Assembly (NCBI GenBank): GCA_001724265.1
Contig: MEDY01000228.1
Span: forward strand, 1-47,713
Source of the DNA: Rhizaria sp. SCN 62-66
Taxonomy: Eukaryota
DNA: 47,713 nt
Direction: 5' to 3'
Made by a program: the position numbers and the translations under genes
The notes under the pieces: model-generated
Told to the model about the DNA's origin: nothing
The model's input: only the letters and a program-made list of their open reading frames with translations
Database searches by the model: none
Shown: in pieces, positions 1-11,300 of the stretch
Layout: each line of letters begins with the position of its first letter
Position numbering within the stretch: the stretch's first letter is position 1

Positions 1-132
1 TTTGACGATTATTTCACAGAGATTTCTATTGTGGAAGTTACCTGCCGAAAACTGCGTTTTTGGCGTTTTTTAGTTGACGCTACATAGGGGTTACATGTAC
101 ACAAAAAGTACTTCTGCTTTTGCCCCATGTGT

Positions 133-3100
133 TTACGCTTCATCGCCACCCTTGACTTCCGCCTCATCGCCCTCTGGCTCCGGCGACTGGCTGTGGTCGC
201 CCTCAGCAGGCGCGGCGGCGGCACTGAGCTTCGCAAGAGTCGCGGAGTTTGAGGCCCCAGTCGCAGCAAGAGCGGTAGTGGCAGCGGTAGCGGGGTCGGT
301 GGGCTCAGCATCGAGGTCGACGACGACGACAGGCGTCGCGCTGCCGGCGCTGTCACCGCTGCTCGCACTCCCAGTAACAGCAGCCGAGTCAGCAACAGTA
401 GCGTCAGGACTAGTTGTGCTGGCGCTTTGCTGCTGCTCAGGGGCAGGGGCAAGGGCAGGAGTGACCGTTACGATGACAGGGGCAGGGGCAGAGTCAGTGA
501 CAACGGGGTTTGAGTTGCTCTCGCCGCCCACGGTCACGCCAGCGCCCAGCTGAACAGCGTCGTTGTCGTCAGCTTCCACCTCCTCAGCGCCAGCGCCAGC
601 GCCACTGTGTGCAACAGCGTTGCTGTTGCTCTTGCCGGCGCGCGCTTTCTCTGCCTCCGCCTCTGCCTCCGCCTTGGCCGCAGCCTCGGCCTTGGCAGCA
701 GCAGCAGTCGCGGCGCGGACGCGCGCGCGCTCCTCGTCCGCGGCCTCGGCCTCGCGGCGCCGGCGCAGCATCTGCCCGCGCGCTGCGTGCTCCTCGTCCC
801 TGCGCCTAAGCGCCTCGGCTGCCCACTCGGCCTCGATCGCGGCGAGCTCGTCGTCGGAGAACTTGACCGCGAGCGCGCGCGCGAGGAAGACGTCTGCGTC
901 CTCGACGATGGCGCGGTCCTGGTGGATGTCCTGCATAAGGTAGATGTCGACGTCCTCGACGGGCATGGCGAGGAGCTTGCCGCGGACGGCGAGCAGCACG
1001 GCCACGCACGTCTGTGCGATGATCTTGCGTGACCCTTCCGCTAACATAACGTCCCACACGCGCAGTGAGACGTGCAACGGGAACGAGTAGACAAACACGC
1101 ACATAATCCAGCGCGGCAGCACCACGGACAGCGAGACGCGGTGGCGCGTGAAGTGGGCCGCGAGGTCGGGCGCGCGCAGGGCCAGAAGGCGCTCTGCATG
1201 GAAGGTAAGCCGCTTGAGAAGCGGGAAGGAGGGCGAGAAGAGGCCGCGGAGGTTGTACTTGGGGTGGTTCATCAGCGCGACGAGCAGCCAGAAGGCCTCT
1301 TCGGCGTGCATGCGCATCGTCAGCACCGCAGCCAGGAAGCTCATGCCCTGGCAGTACGACACTGAGCAAATAAAAAATCAACAAGAATGTGGATATATTG
1401 TGTCAAATTAGTGATTAACAGATTAAAATAGAGCATACAGTTAGTTAACACCTTTAAGTTCGCCATCGTCAAGTTTTGAAATTGATGATTAAGCTCGAGC
1501 AAGATATCGCCAGGAGTGTGTTTTGTCTTAAGTTTTCTGCGCGTACCTTCCGGGTCGAACTTGGCGTACGCGACGAGCACGTCTGCGAGCGTGGCGTGCG
1601 CGGGCGAAAGCAGCACCGTAGCGTCACGCAGCGCCGGGTCGTCCACGGGCTCCAGCGCGAAGACGGCGTGGCGCGAGAAGGTGCGCGGCAGGTCTTTGAG
1701 GATGATGCGGAACGACGGGTGGTTCATCGGAGCAGCCGAGAGGAGCTATGCAGCGCAGCGAAAAGCAGAACAGAAGAAGCAAGGAAAAGATGAGAATGCT
1801 GAAAAGGAAAAAACAACAACGTTGTTGAAAATAACAACAAATTTAAGTCAGAAATAATAGATATTGTTTGATATCTCGATGATTTCAACTTACTTCTTGG
1901 AAGAGCCGGGGGTACCGCCTGCGGTCCACAAGCACGCCCAGTGCTTCGGTGAGCACGCCCGCCTCGGTGGCGGGGCCGTGCAGCGCGGACGCCGCCGCAC
2001 TGGGCGAGCCAGGCCCGGAGCCCGCAGCGCTGACGCTGACGCTCCCGCGCGCGGCCGTGACCGCGGAGTCGCTCTGTCTCGCGTCGTGGCCACTGCTCCC
2101 ACTTGCATTGCCGTGAGCGCTCGCTGCCGCTGTTGCGGCGGCGGTGGTGGCGTGTGCGAGGAGCTCTGCGACGGCGTCGCGGCCGACGGCGATGGTGCGA
2201 GTGGCAACGTCGCCCCACCAGCCCCCCGCGGCGTCGACGTCGAGCGCGCGCTCGGCCGCGGCCGTGCAGGGCTCGTCCTCGAGCGCGGCCGCGATGTCCG
2301 CGTCGAGGTCGCTGTGACCCAGGTCCAGCCGGTGCCGCCACACGCCCAGACCTGCAGCAGCAGCAGCAGCAGCAGCACTGCCACTGCCGCTATTGCCATT
2401 CAGACCGTCGCCTAGCAGAGACGCCACGTGCTGCTGCTGCTGCTGCTGCTGTTTGTTCTCTGCACTGTCCTTGCCGTCCGTCAGCGCCGCTGCAAGCGCG
2501 GCGATAGCGGCGGCGGGCGCGCGCGAGGCCGTCACCATCGCCACGCCGGCCAAGTACGCCTCGGGCGCCTCGTACACCGCGTAGTTGTACCCCGCAGTGG
2601 CGGCCCCCGCGCTGGCGGCGGCGAGTGCGACAGATGCAGGCAGCCCGGGGGCGCGGGCGCGCGCGTCGCCCTCGAGCGCGAGCGCGCCGCGGTGGGCGAC
2701 GCTGCAGCCGACGACGACGCTCACGCCGCCGTTGGAGCTGGAGCCAGGGCCAGAGCCGAGTGCCGTTGCGCCGGGGACGGGGGCGATGCGGGCTGTGGGG
2801 TGAGGGGGAGAGTGGGCGTGGGCGCCGATTGCGTCGGCGTTGGCGACTGTTGCGCCCGCACCCACAGGAGCAGCGACAACTTCAGCAGCAGGAGCAGCAG
2901 CAGCAGCAGCAGGATTAGACTTGCTGCTAGAGCCAGCTCTATCACCGCTCTTAGCCGCCGCGCTGTCGGCGGCAAGCGCGCGCGCGACCGACTTGTTGGC
3001 GGCAGCGCTGGCGGCAGCGTTGGCAATGTCCACCGCGTTGGCCAGCGTCACGTGCACGGTCAGGTGCCCGTTGGCCCTGCCCCCCGCGCCGGGGACGCCG

Positions 3101-5649
3101 CGCCAGGCCCCGACGGCGGAGCCCGCCAGCACGGGCCAAGCGGCGCCGCGCAGCGCCTCGGGGATGCCCTTGCGCGCGCGCGTCAGCGTCTTGGCGGGCA
3201 TGTCGCGCAGCGTCGGCACGGCTACGGGCGCGGGCGGCGGCGCGGGCGGCGGGACCCCCAGCCGCAGCAGCGACAGCACGCGCGCGCGCACGCCCGCGCC
3301 CGCGGCCGAGGCGGCGGCCAGCGCGGCGGCCAGCGCGGCCTTATCCGCCTTGCTCCGCCGCACCGGCTTCCGCTTGCCCTTCGCAGCCGTGGCCGCAGCG
3401 ACCGAGGCGGCCTCGGCCTCCGAGCTGCTGGAGCTGCTGGAGTCCGAGTCGGAGTTCTCCAAGTCAGCGAGCGCAAGCGCAGCCGTGGTGGCGGCGACGG
3501 CGGCCGCGGCAGCCTCGGCGGCGGAGTCGGGCGCCGCAGCGCCGGCGGGACGCGGGTGCGGGGGCACTTTGAGCGGGAAAAACGGCCACACACCACAGTC
3601 GTCACCGTGGCCATCCATGTTGTCGGCGTTGGCCCGCTGACTAAGCGCGTTGGCGTTGTTGTTGTTGTTGTTGTTGGCGAGGTCGACGGCCGCGAGCGCC
3701 TGCTGCTCGGCCTTGGACAGCGCCGCCGCGCCCGTCGTCATGTTGACGCTGCCGCGGCGGCGGCCCGTGGGCGTGGCCGTGGTGCTGGAGCCCGGTGCGA
3801 TCGCGGCCAGAGGCTCCCGCAGCAGGCCACCGCCCGCGCGGCCCAGTGGCAGCATTGCCGCCAGCGCCGGGGACGACGGGACCGGGTCCTGGGCGGCCGA
3901 GTGACCGTGGGCCGCGGACGCCGAGGGGCGGACCGGGGTCGACGGTGCTGAACTCCCTTCATTTCTTGCGCTGTTACTGTTGTTGTTCTGCGCAGAGGAG
4001 GAGGCGGAGGAGGAGGAGGCGGAGGCGGCGGCGAGGATAGCGGCGGCGTGCTGGGGGTTGGCCTTGCGCCAGCGCTGCCACTCGCGCTCGCGGGCTTTGT
4101 CGCGGGCCTTTTCGCGCTCCTGCCGCTGCATGATCGCCTTGAGCAGACGCTTTTCCGCTGTGGATAAACCGCAAGTTGAGACATACCAGAAGAAATAAAA
4201 AGAAATATAAATATGAGCGAAGTTCAAAACAATACAAAGTGACTACAAGTTTCAAAAAGCACATCGCAATACAAAATGATGATCTGATACAGTCAATGTT
4301 CGAGTCAATGTTTGCTTTCAGGAATGACTTCTGAAGCCTGGCTGGCTGACAGACATACCTGAGCGCTTGGCCTCCGTGAGCATGTCGAGCCACTTGCGCT
4401 CGCGGCGCGTGTCGCGCTCGCGCGTGTCGGCCGACACGGGCCCCGCGCCGGGCGGCGGCGCGCAGTCTTCGCCGCTCGCGCGACTGCTGGAGCTCACGCC
4501 CACAATACCGCCACCGCTCATCGCAACGCCGTTGCTGTTGCTGAGGGGCTTGCCGCCGGCGCCGCGGGAGGGCGTCTGCTGGTGCGCAGTGGTGTGTGCG
4601 TAGAAGGCGGGGAACAGGTGCGCGTTCTGTGCCACGTCGAAAAGGTCGAACCCGCGCGCGCGGCGAGTCGACCCGCCGCCGCCGTTGTTGCTGATGCCGG
4701 CTGTGGTGTGATGGCTGGTGCTGCCGCGGCTCAGGCGGCTGCCGGGCGTCGCCGCCGCCGCCGCCGCTGTTGCGGTGGTCGAAGTGTGCGTGTGCGCGCG
4801 CGTGCGAGCGGGCGTGGCCAGCGGGGTCCGACGTGCCAGGCGAGCAGCAGCAGCAGCGGCGGCGGCAGAGGAGGCGTTCGTCGTGCTCGAAGCCGCAATC
4901 GCGTTGCTAGAGATGTTGCCGTCGTCGTCGTTGTCGTCATCGTCGTTGGCGGCGTGGGGAGCGATGGACGAGACAGGGTCGCTACTGTCGTTGTTGTTGT
5001 TGTGCACGGTGTTGCTATTGTTGTTGCGGATGTTCATAGTCCCGACGATCACGCCGTCTTCGTCTTCGTCATCGTCGCCATCGCCGGCTGCTGCTGCGGC
5101 GTCGTCGTAGTTCCCGTCGTAGTCGCCGTCGCCCTCGTCAGCCTCGGCCTCGGCGGCGGCAGCGGCGGCGGCGGCGGCGGCGGCGGCGGGCTCGGCAAAG
5201 ACGATCTCTCCCCAGCGCGTCACAAGATACGGCCGGTGCGGGCGCAGAGGGAACACTGAGGGCGGCAGCGGGGGCCGCGGCGAGCCCGCCAGCCCGGAGC
5301 TGAGGCTGGAGCCTCCACTGGCGCCGTGCGGGCGCTGCGGCGTCGCCAGGAGCGAAGACGACGCGGTGGCGGCGGTGGCGGTGCTGCCGACCGAGGGCCG
5401 ATGCGGCGTCGGCGTGCACGGCGCGCGCGGGGGCAGGCCGAGCCCGGCGGCGGCAGTGGAAGCAGTAACCGCGGTCTCCGTGGAGGCCGCGTTCGAGCTG
5501 CTGGCGGTTGTGGAGGTGTCGGCGAGCGCGGTGAGCTCCACTTCGGGCTGGTCCGCCGTGACCGCGAAGGCCGAGGAGAGCGCGAACGTGGGCGCGCGCT
5601 TGAGCGGCGTCGCGGGCACGTCGTCGGCGTCCGCGTTGCTGCTGCTCAT
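133..5649 (-). CDS. TBC-domain Rab GTPase-activating protein (TBC1D10/EVI5/USP6NL-like), 4 exons: complement(join(133..1361,1547..1745,1894..4157,4359..5649)), ~1660 aa
   Basis: Splicing joins the typical TBC motifs in frame: RRERKWLDML, RKGIPEALRGAAWPVL, IILKDLPRTF (IxxDxxR Arg finger), DPEVSYCQGMSF (YxQ Gln finger), AEEAFWLL and LRVWDVML. All three introns are phase-compatible GT-AG. The gene ends in TAA. Confidence 0.9.
1362..1546 (-). other. Spliceosomal intron 3 of TBC gene (185 nt, phase 1)
   Basis: Donor G|GTACGC, acceptor TTTGCTCAG|TG. Splicing restores the conserved DPEVSYCQGM motif. ACTAAC and CTAAT branch-like sites are present. Confidence 0.9.
1746..1893 (-). other. Spliceosomal intron 2 of TBC gene (148 nt, phase 0)
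   Basis: Donor GAA|GTAAGT, acceptor GCATAG|CTC, AT-rich. Splicing gives RLFQE-LLSAAPMNHP. Confidence 0.8.
4158..4358 (-). other. Spliceosomal intron 1 of TBC gene (201 nt, phase 1)
   Basis: Donor G|GTATGT, acceptor ATCCACAG|CG, AT-rich. Splicing gives ...AKRS-A-EKRLLK. Confidence 0.8.
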
Positions 5650-6140
5650 AAGGCGCAGGGGAAAGGCGGGCTCGGAAAGGAGCGACCGCGGGAGCGGCGG
5701 GGCGGGGGCGAGATTCGCTGCTTACAGTGAACGCGAGTAGAGTATGAGTCGATCTATGGGGCTCAAAAAGACGCGCTCTGCGGGACAAAAATAAAAAATT
5801 CTAGAGTATCCGAGTGAGTATAATCAGGAAATCATATGCACATCTCCATAGGCGTTGTTTTACTGACGGTTGAAGACGGCAGATTTCGTGTTTTCGCTCG
5901 AGACCCCCCAGTCGCACCACCGACGGGGGGCACGCGCGATGCACCACAAACGCACTCGCAAGAGCATAAAACATTCGAGATGACAAACTATACCACGCTT
6001 TGTTGCGGTATAACAAGGAATAAATAAACATGTGTATTCACGTCACATTATATCTGGCAGCGACCCGAATATAAATACGTTCCGCGTCGTCTAGCTGTCT
6101 CGAAAGTTTCTATTCAAACAGTGATCTGGGCCGCAAGCAC

Positions 6141-6818
6141 TCACTTGGTGAGCTTCTTGGTGACGTCAGTGAGCCCCGAAATGCTCTCCCAGTTGAGCTT
6201 CTCAAGCCGCAGCTTCTCTTGCATCTTCTTCGTCGCCTCCTCTGCCTCGGCGACCTGCTTGAGCGTGTTGGCGCCCGTCTTGCCGCCCTCCGCGGCGACC
6301 GCGGCGAAAGTGACGTGCGCGCCCGTGACGACGGCGAGCGCCTCGTCGACCAGCGCTGCCGTCGCGGTCTCCACGCGCGCGACCCGCGCGTCGGCGTCCT
6401 GCGCGCGCTGGTCGAAGTCGTTGAGGCGGAACGCAAGCACGAGCGCGACGCCCACGGCCGCGGCGAGCAGCACCGTCTTGAAGGGGTCGAACGCGCGAAG
6501 CTTCTTCTCGCGAGGCGTCATGAGGCGCTCGAGCGCGTCAGCCTTCTTGCGCAGCGCCGTGAGCTCGTCCAGCATCAGGTGCACCTTCTGCGCCTGCGCG
6601 GCCGTGAGGATCACGCTGCCGTCGGGCAGAGTGGTCGAGCCACCAGAGCCGGTGGTCGCACCGGCAGCGGCAGCGGCGGCGGCCGCAGCAGCAGCCGCAG
6701 GGGCGGCGGTGGATGGAACCGCAGTCGCGTCGTTGGAGAAGAAGCGAGCAGCAGCGGCGGAGCGAGCGCCGGCAAAAGGACGCAAGGCAGCTGTGATGCG
6801 GGTGGCACGAGACAGCAT
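6141..6818 (-). CDS. Hypothetical 225-aa protein, probably mitochondrion-targeted, with one TM helix and coiled coils
   Basis: GC-rich ORF bounded by AT-rich flanks. The N-terminus MLSRATRITAALRPFAGARSAAAARFFS is Arg/Ala/Ser-rich with no acidic residues, like a presequence. Hydrophobic segment VLLAAAVGVALVLAF. Ends in TGA. Confidence 0.7.
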   Translation of the reverse strand: MLSRATRITAALRPFAGARSAAAARFFSNDATAVPSTAAPAAAAAAAAAAAAGATTGSGGSTTLPDGSVILTAAQAQKVHLMLDELTALRKKADALERLMTPREKKLRAFDPFKTVLLAAAVGVALVLAFRLNDFDQRAQDADARVARVETATAALVDEALAVVTGAHVTFAAVAAEGGKTGANTLKQVAEAEEATKKMQEKLRLEKLNWESISGLTDVTKKLTK

Positions 6819-8356
6819 TGAGTTCGACTGGGTGGGGAGGACGCGGCAGGGCGGGAGTAGGAGGGATCAAAGTGAAGAAGTAATGGTGAGGGATAGGAAG
6901 ATAGGACAACAAATAAGAGTATCACAGAGGCCTATGAAGTGAGACAAATTGTAGGAGTATATGTTTCTGGTGTTTAATATTCTAATTGTTTATGGAGGTC
7001 GCCTTGACGGTCACTGTCGCGTATATTGAACCTTTTTCTAAGTGTTTGCGAAAGGACCCAGAGCTGCGCTGGGCTGTTGCAGCATTGTAACGGTGACACG
7101 GTCTCAACGCAGAGTAATGTGCTTCTGCTTGTGACCACAGGCTGCATATTGCTCCAGTACCACCGCGTGCACCCCTTCCTGACACTTAAGCGACCGTAAA
7201 ACACGTATTGCAGCGGCGTGCTGCTGACATCACAGCACTCCGCTGACTTGACCCCTGCCTGTGAGCGGGTTAGTTTGACCAGCAGTCGTTGACTCGCATC
7301 GCTACGCCCTCTGATTGTCTCCCACGTCACCAGCGGCACTACTAAGTGTTAAACAACCTTGATTTCAGGATGCGCTTATGTTTATTGACACCAGTACGAG
7401 CCTGGTCAGTTCCGCGAGTGCTGCAGAACAGCATCGCCCCCTTCTTTGGCGCCACACATATCGCAATTTCATGAGTGGCTGCCTTGACATCGGTGGCAGC
7501 ATTTATTGTAGTGCTACCGCGAATCTCTGATCTCGGGTAAACCAGCCGCGCGAGGCTTGCGCTAGCTGGCAGTCCTGCTGTCATTCACGCGCGACTGATG
7601 TGCATCAACATGGCCATGCAAAGGTGCGCGGAAACCAACACTGGATGCTTATGGCGGCACATGATTTTGATCAGCCTGCATAGTCTAATACAGAGTACCG
7701 TACTGTGTATTCGTCTACATTTAAGTTGATCTCGGGGAATTTAGACACTTTACGCCGGCGAGTCCCTCGTTCTCGGAGGACGTGTCTAGTTCTCTCGCTC
7801 ACCATGGTTAACGAATTGTCGGCCCGCAAGCACATTTAAGAGCAGTTCTGGACAATAGCACGGGCGATTCAAGTTTGCATTGTTGCTCCTACTGTAAACT
7901 GTTGTGCTTTCAAAGGAAATAATCATTTGGATCGTTGAGTAACGCTGCAAAAGCTGACAACATCAACGTAATCGAGCCATATAAAATTCATTGTGCACAT
8001 TTTCACTCATACAAATTTCTATCACCACCGAATAACTCTCGGATATATGCCATGATCAGAAGGCAGTGCGCTCAGGGTGTCGGCTTGTTCACTCACAGTC
8101 ACCATTGTTTGTTGCGGCTATTGCGCGATTACAGTGCATCTCATATCTCGGCGCAGCACATGATAGCCTCAATGTAACGTTGAGATATTGCAATATCCAA
8201 TAGACTGACTTGAAATATTCCAATCTAAGTTATGTACTTAGTGTATTCTTTTATATACTCTCATATTTGCCGAGTTTTCTTCGCAGACAACAGTCGTTCT
8301 TGCTTCAAGTTGTTCTTGCTGCTCACTGCCTGTTTTCGCCACTGTTTCACTCACAG

Positions 8357-11300
8357 ATGTTGTGGCCGCCGCCTCGCACGTCTTGTGCTCCATTACGCGG
8401 TGTGCGTGCACTCAACATTACCTTTGTTGGATTACTTGTTCTCTTTGCGCAATGCTGCTTTGCTGCACTTTCAACTCCGGCAGCCGCTGCCGCCTCAGTC
8501 TCGCCCTCGGCCTCTGCTCCCACTTCTGCTCGCCCTGGGCGCGGTCGGGGCGATTCATTGCTTGAGACTGGTGCACGCCCCCGCATAACGCCCCTTCGCG
8601 CTCGCGTTGCCCGCGTAATCTCTCTGCACTCCGCTGAGGTTGACGTAAACTCGGCGTTGCGCTCATTGCGCGCTCAGGCCATGTCTCCTGCAACAGCTAC
8701 ACCTATGTCGCGCTTCTCTACAATGGCTCAACGCAACCGCCCTCAGTCAACACATCGTGAGCAAACGCATGCGACGCCCGGACGCATGTTGCATACGCTG
8801 TCTCTGCATGATGGTCGCCGCGTCGCGGTCTCCGTTCCGTACAAAACCTTCTCACCGCCTGTCACCACTGCCACAAACAATGGCGCGGGCGCGAGTTTAA
8901 GCGCTTTCTCGACATTATCAAGCAATAGCGCTGCCGCTCATGAGGGTACTAACACCGATGACGGGAAGCTGCAGCAGTGGCTTGTGCACGTTGCGGGTCC
9001 CGTTTCTCACCACACACGCTCTGCGGTATGTCGGTCGTGGCTATTTTTTTTTCAAGTTGAATTTGTATGAAGTCCGGAGAACTATATTTTATGTAAGAAT
9101 TTTCTCACGCTTATTTCACTGTTGCGACTTGATGATTTGTGACATGTTAGCTGGCTTCAGTTGTACCAGGCGTCGTTGTCGGAGACTATCTTCCACAGAA
9201 CACGTACCACGTCCTTGCAACGGAGCAAGCAATGTCTACTTTACTCAGCCACACGCAGAGCATCTTTGACACTGCCAATACCCAACGCTTTAGCTCTGCT
9301 TCTGAGACTCAGAGCAAGACAGCAGCAACGCCGCACGTGTTGTTTGCAATGCATTTACACCCAGAGCTCAAGCTCTCGGACAACACCCTCGCGTTCACAG
9401 CTGCAGCTGACGAACTTAACAGCGTCACAAACACAATGAGCACTATGAACACGGATGTCTCAGTTAGCGCAACTACAAGCGCAGACGCAAGTCTTCCTTG
9501 CGTGCCCGCTGCGCCTGTTCGCCTCCTCGCACACTTAGCTCTCTCTCACCCCGAGAACGCTGACACTGACCTCGCACTGATGCGTGCCGAGGCCGTGACC
9601 GTGCTTGCCTCGGTCTCGGCCGCCGTCGCCGATGCGACCGCGCCTTACGGTATCATTTTAACTCTTCGCCTTGCTAATCGCGGTGGATCCTTACTTTCAA
9701 TCATCATCAATCACAACAACGATGACAAAGACAAGAACAAAAGCGACGATGAAAACAAGAGCGAAGACTCAAGCACATCAAACACACACAGCACGTCAAC
9801 GAATGCTAACAATGAGCAATGCGCCGACGAGAACACCCAACGTGTTCGCGCTGGCGTTGTTGCACGCGCGTTAGCTGCACACCCTCGAGTTCTCTGGGTT
9901 GAGCGCCGCGCAGAAGTTAAGCCGCTCAACAAATTCGCTTCGTTTGTAGTGCAGTCAGGTCGTCCGGAGAGCCACGCGCTGTGGCGTCGCGGCATTGCCG
10001 GCCGCGGACAAGTCGTCGCCGTTGCTGACACCGGTGTCGACCACGACAGCTGCTTCTTCCACGACCCCGAGCGCGCTATTCCGTTTAACAAGTTCGATCC
10101 CGCGCACCGCAAGATCGTTGCGTACCACACAAGCGCGGAGATCACGCCGCGCGACCTCGTGGGCGGGGACCAGATCGACGGCCACGGCACGCACACGTCC
10201 GGCACGGTGGCGGGCGCCGCGATGATCCCTCAGCCGCGCGGCGGGCGCGCGATGACGGCCGCGGAGACAGCGGACGCGGAGGAGCTGGTCACGTACCGAG
10301 GGCTAGTGCATGAGGCGAAGCTTGCAATCTTTGATTACCAGCACCCAACAGCCCAGCCGGATGAAATGGTGCTGCCTGACGACGTGTATACAGACTATCT
10401 CAAGCGTGCCAGGGATGAGTATGGCGTGCGTGTGACGTCAAACAGCTGGGGTGACCAAGTACGTCCTAGCAATACGAATATACATGTGCTGTACATGTAA
10501 TTAAAAATTAAGCATTAATTTTAATTGCAAACAACCCTTAGATGCAGTGTCACATTACGCTAACAAGATTTTTGTGCGATTCTTCTTTGTTACCAGGCTG
10601 GCTTATATGACTCGTTTGCGCGTGCTGTCGACAAGTTCGCTTGGGACAACCCAGATTTTCTCAACTTCTTTGCCGCTGGCAACACAGGCCAGCTTGGCCG
10701 CCTGACCATTGCGTCTCCAGCATTATGCAAAAATGTTGTTGCAGTTGGCAGCACTGCCAACAGCGCACTGTCGTTCAAAGAGCGCGGTATCGATGCCGGT
10801 CTGGAGATCACAACGCGGCCCGCCCTGCTCAAACCCGGCAATGTTAACAGCGCTGCGCTGCCTGCTGTAGTTGGCGTTATACCTGCCGCGTTTGGCTTGC
10901 GCTTCCCCGCCTTGGACTTGCTTGACGACATTGCTTTAATCAACGCCATCCCAGCCGACGGCTGCTCACCGCTGCGCAACGACCCCGCGTCGCTGCAGGG
11001 CGCTGCAGTGCTGGTGCGCCGCGGCAACTGCCGCTTCACGGTCAAGGCAGCTGCGGCGCAGGCTGCCGGCGCCGCGCTTGTGGTTGTTGTTGACGCCGCG
11101 GATTCGCCTGACGGCGCTGAGACTATGTACGCAACCGCTTCAGACACTGGATCTAGTGGAATTAAGCCTGACGACTACGCGAACGTTGCCGCGGTAATGG
11201 TTGAAAACGCGGCTGGCGAGGCGTTAATGCGCTATGCAGGCGTGCGCGTTGGCAGCAACAACGCCACCGAAGGCATCCGCGTCTCAGGACCTGTGCCTTA

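Noticed and set aside
133-135. Ciliate-type code with both TAA and TAG as sense
   Set aside because: TAA coincides with GC-to-AT transitions at four gene ends and directly follows the conserved ERG24 C-terminus. I saw no internal TAA in any gene model.
1746-1748. Further in-frame TAGs at exon starts (1746-1748 on -, 9148-9150 and 17806-17808 on +)
   Set aside because: These are intron acceptor TAGs, not codons, and were not counted as evidence for reassignment.
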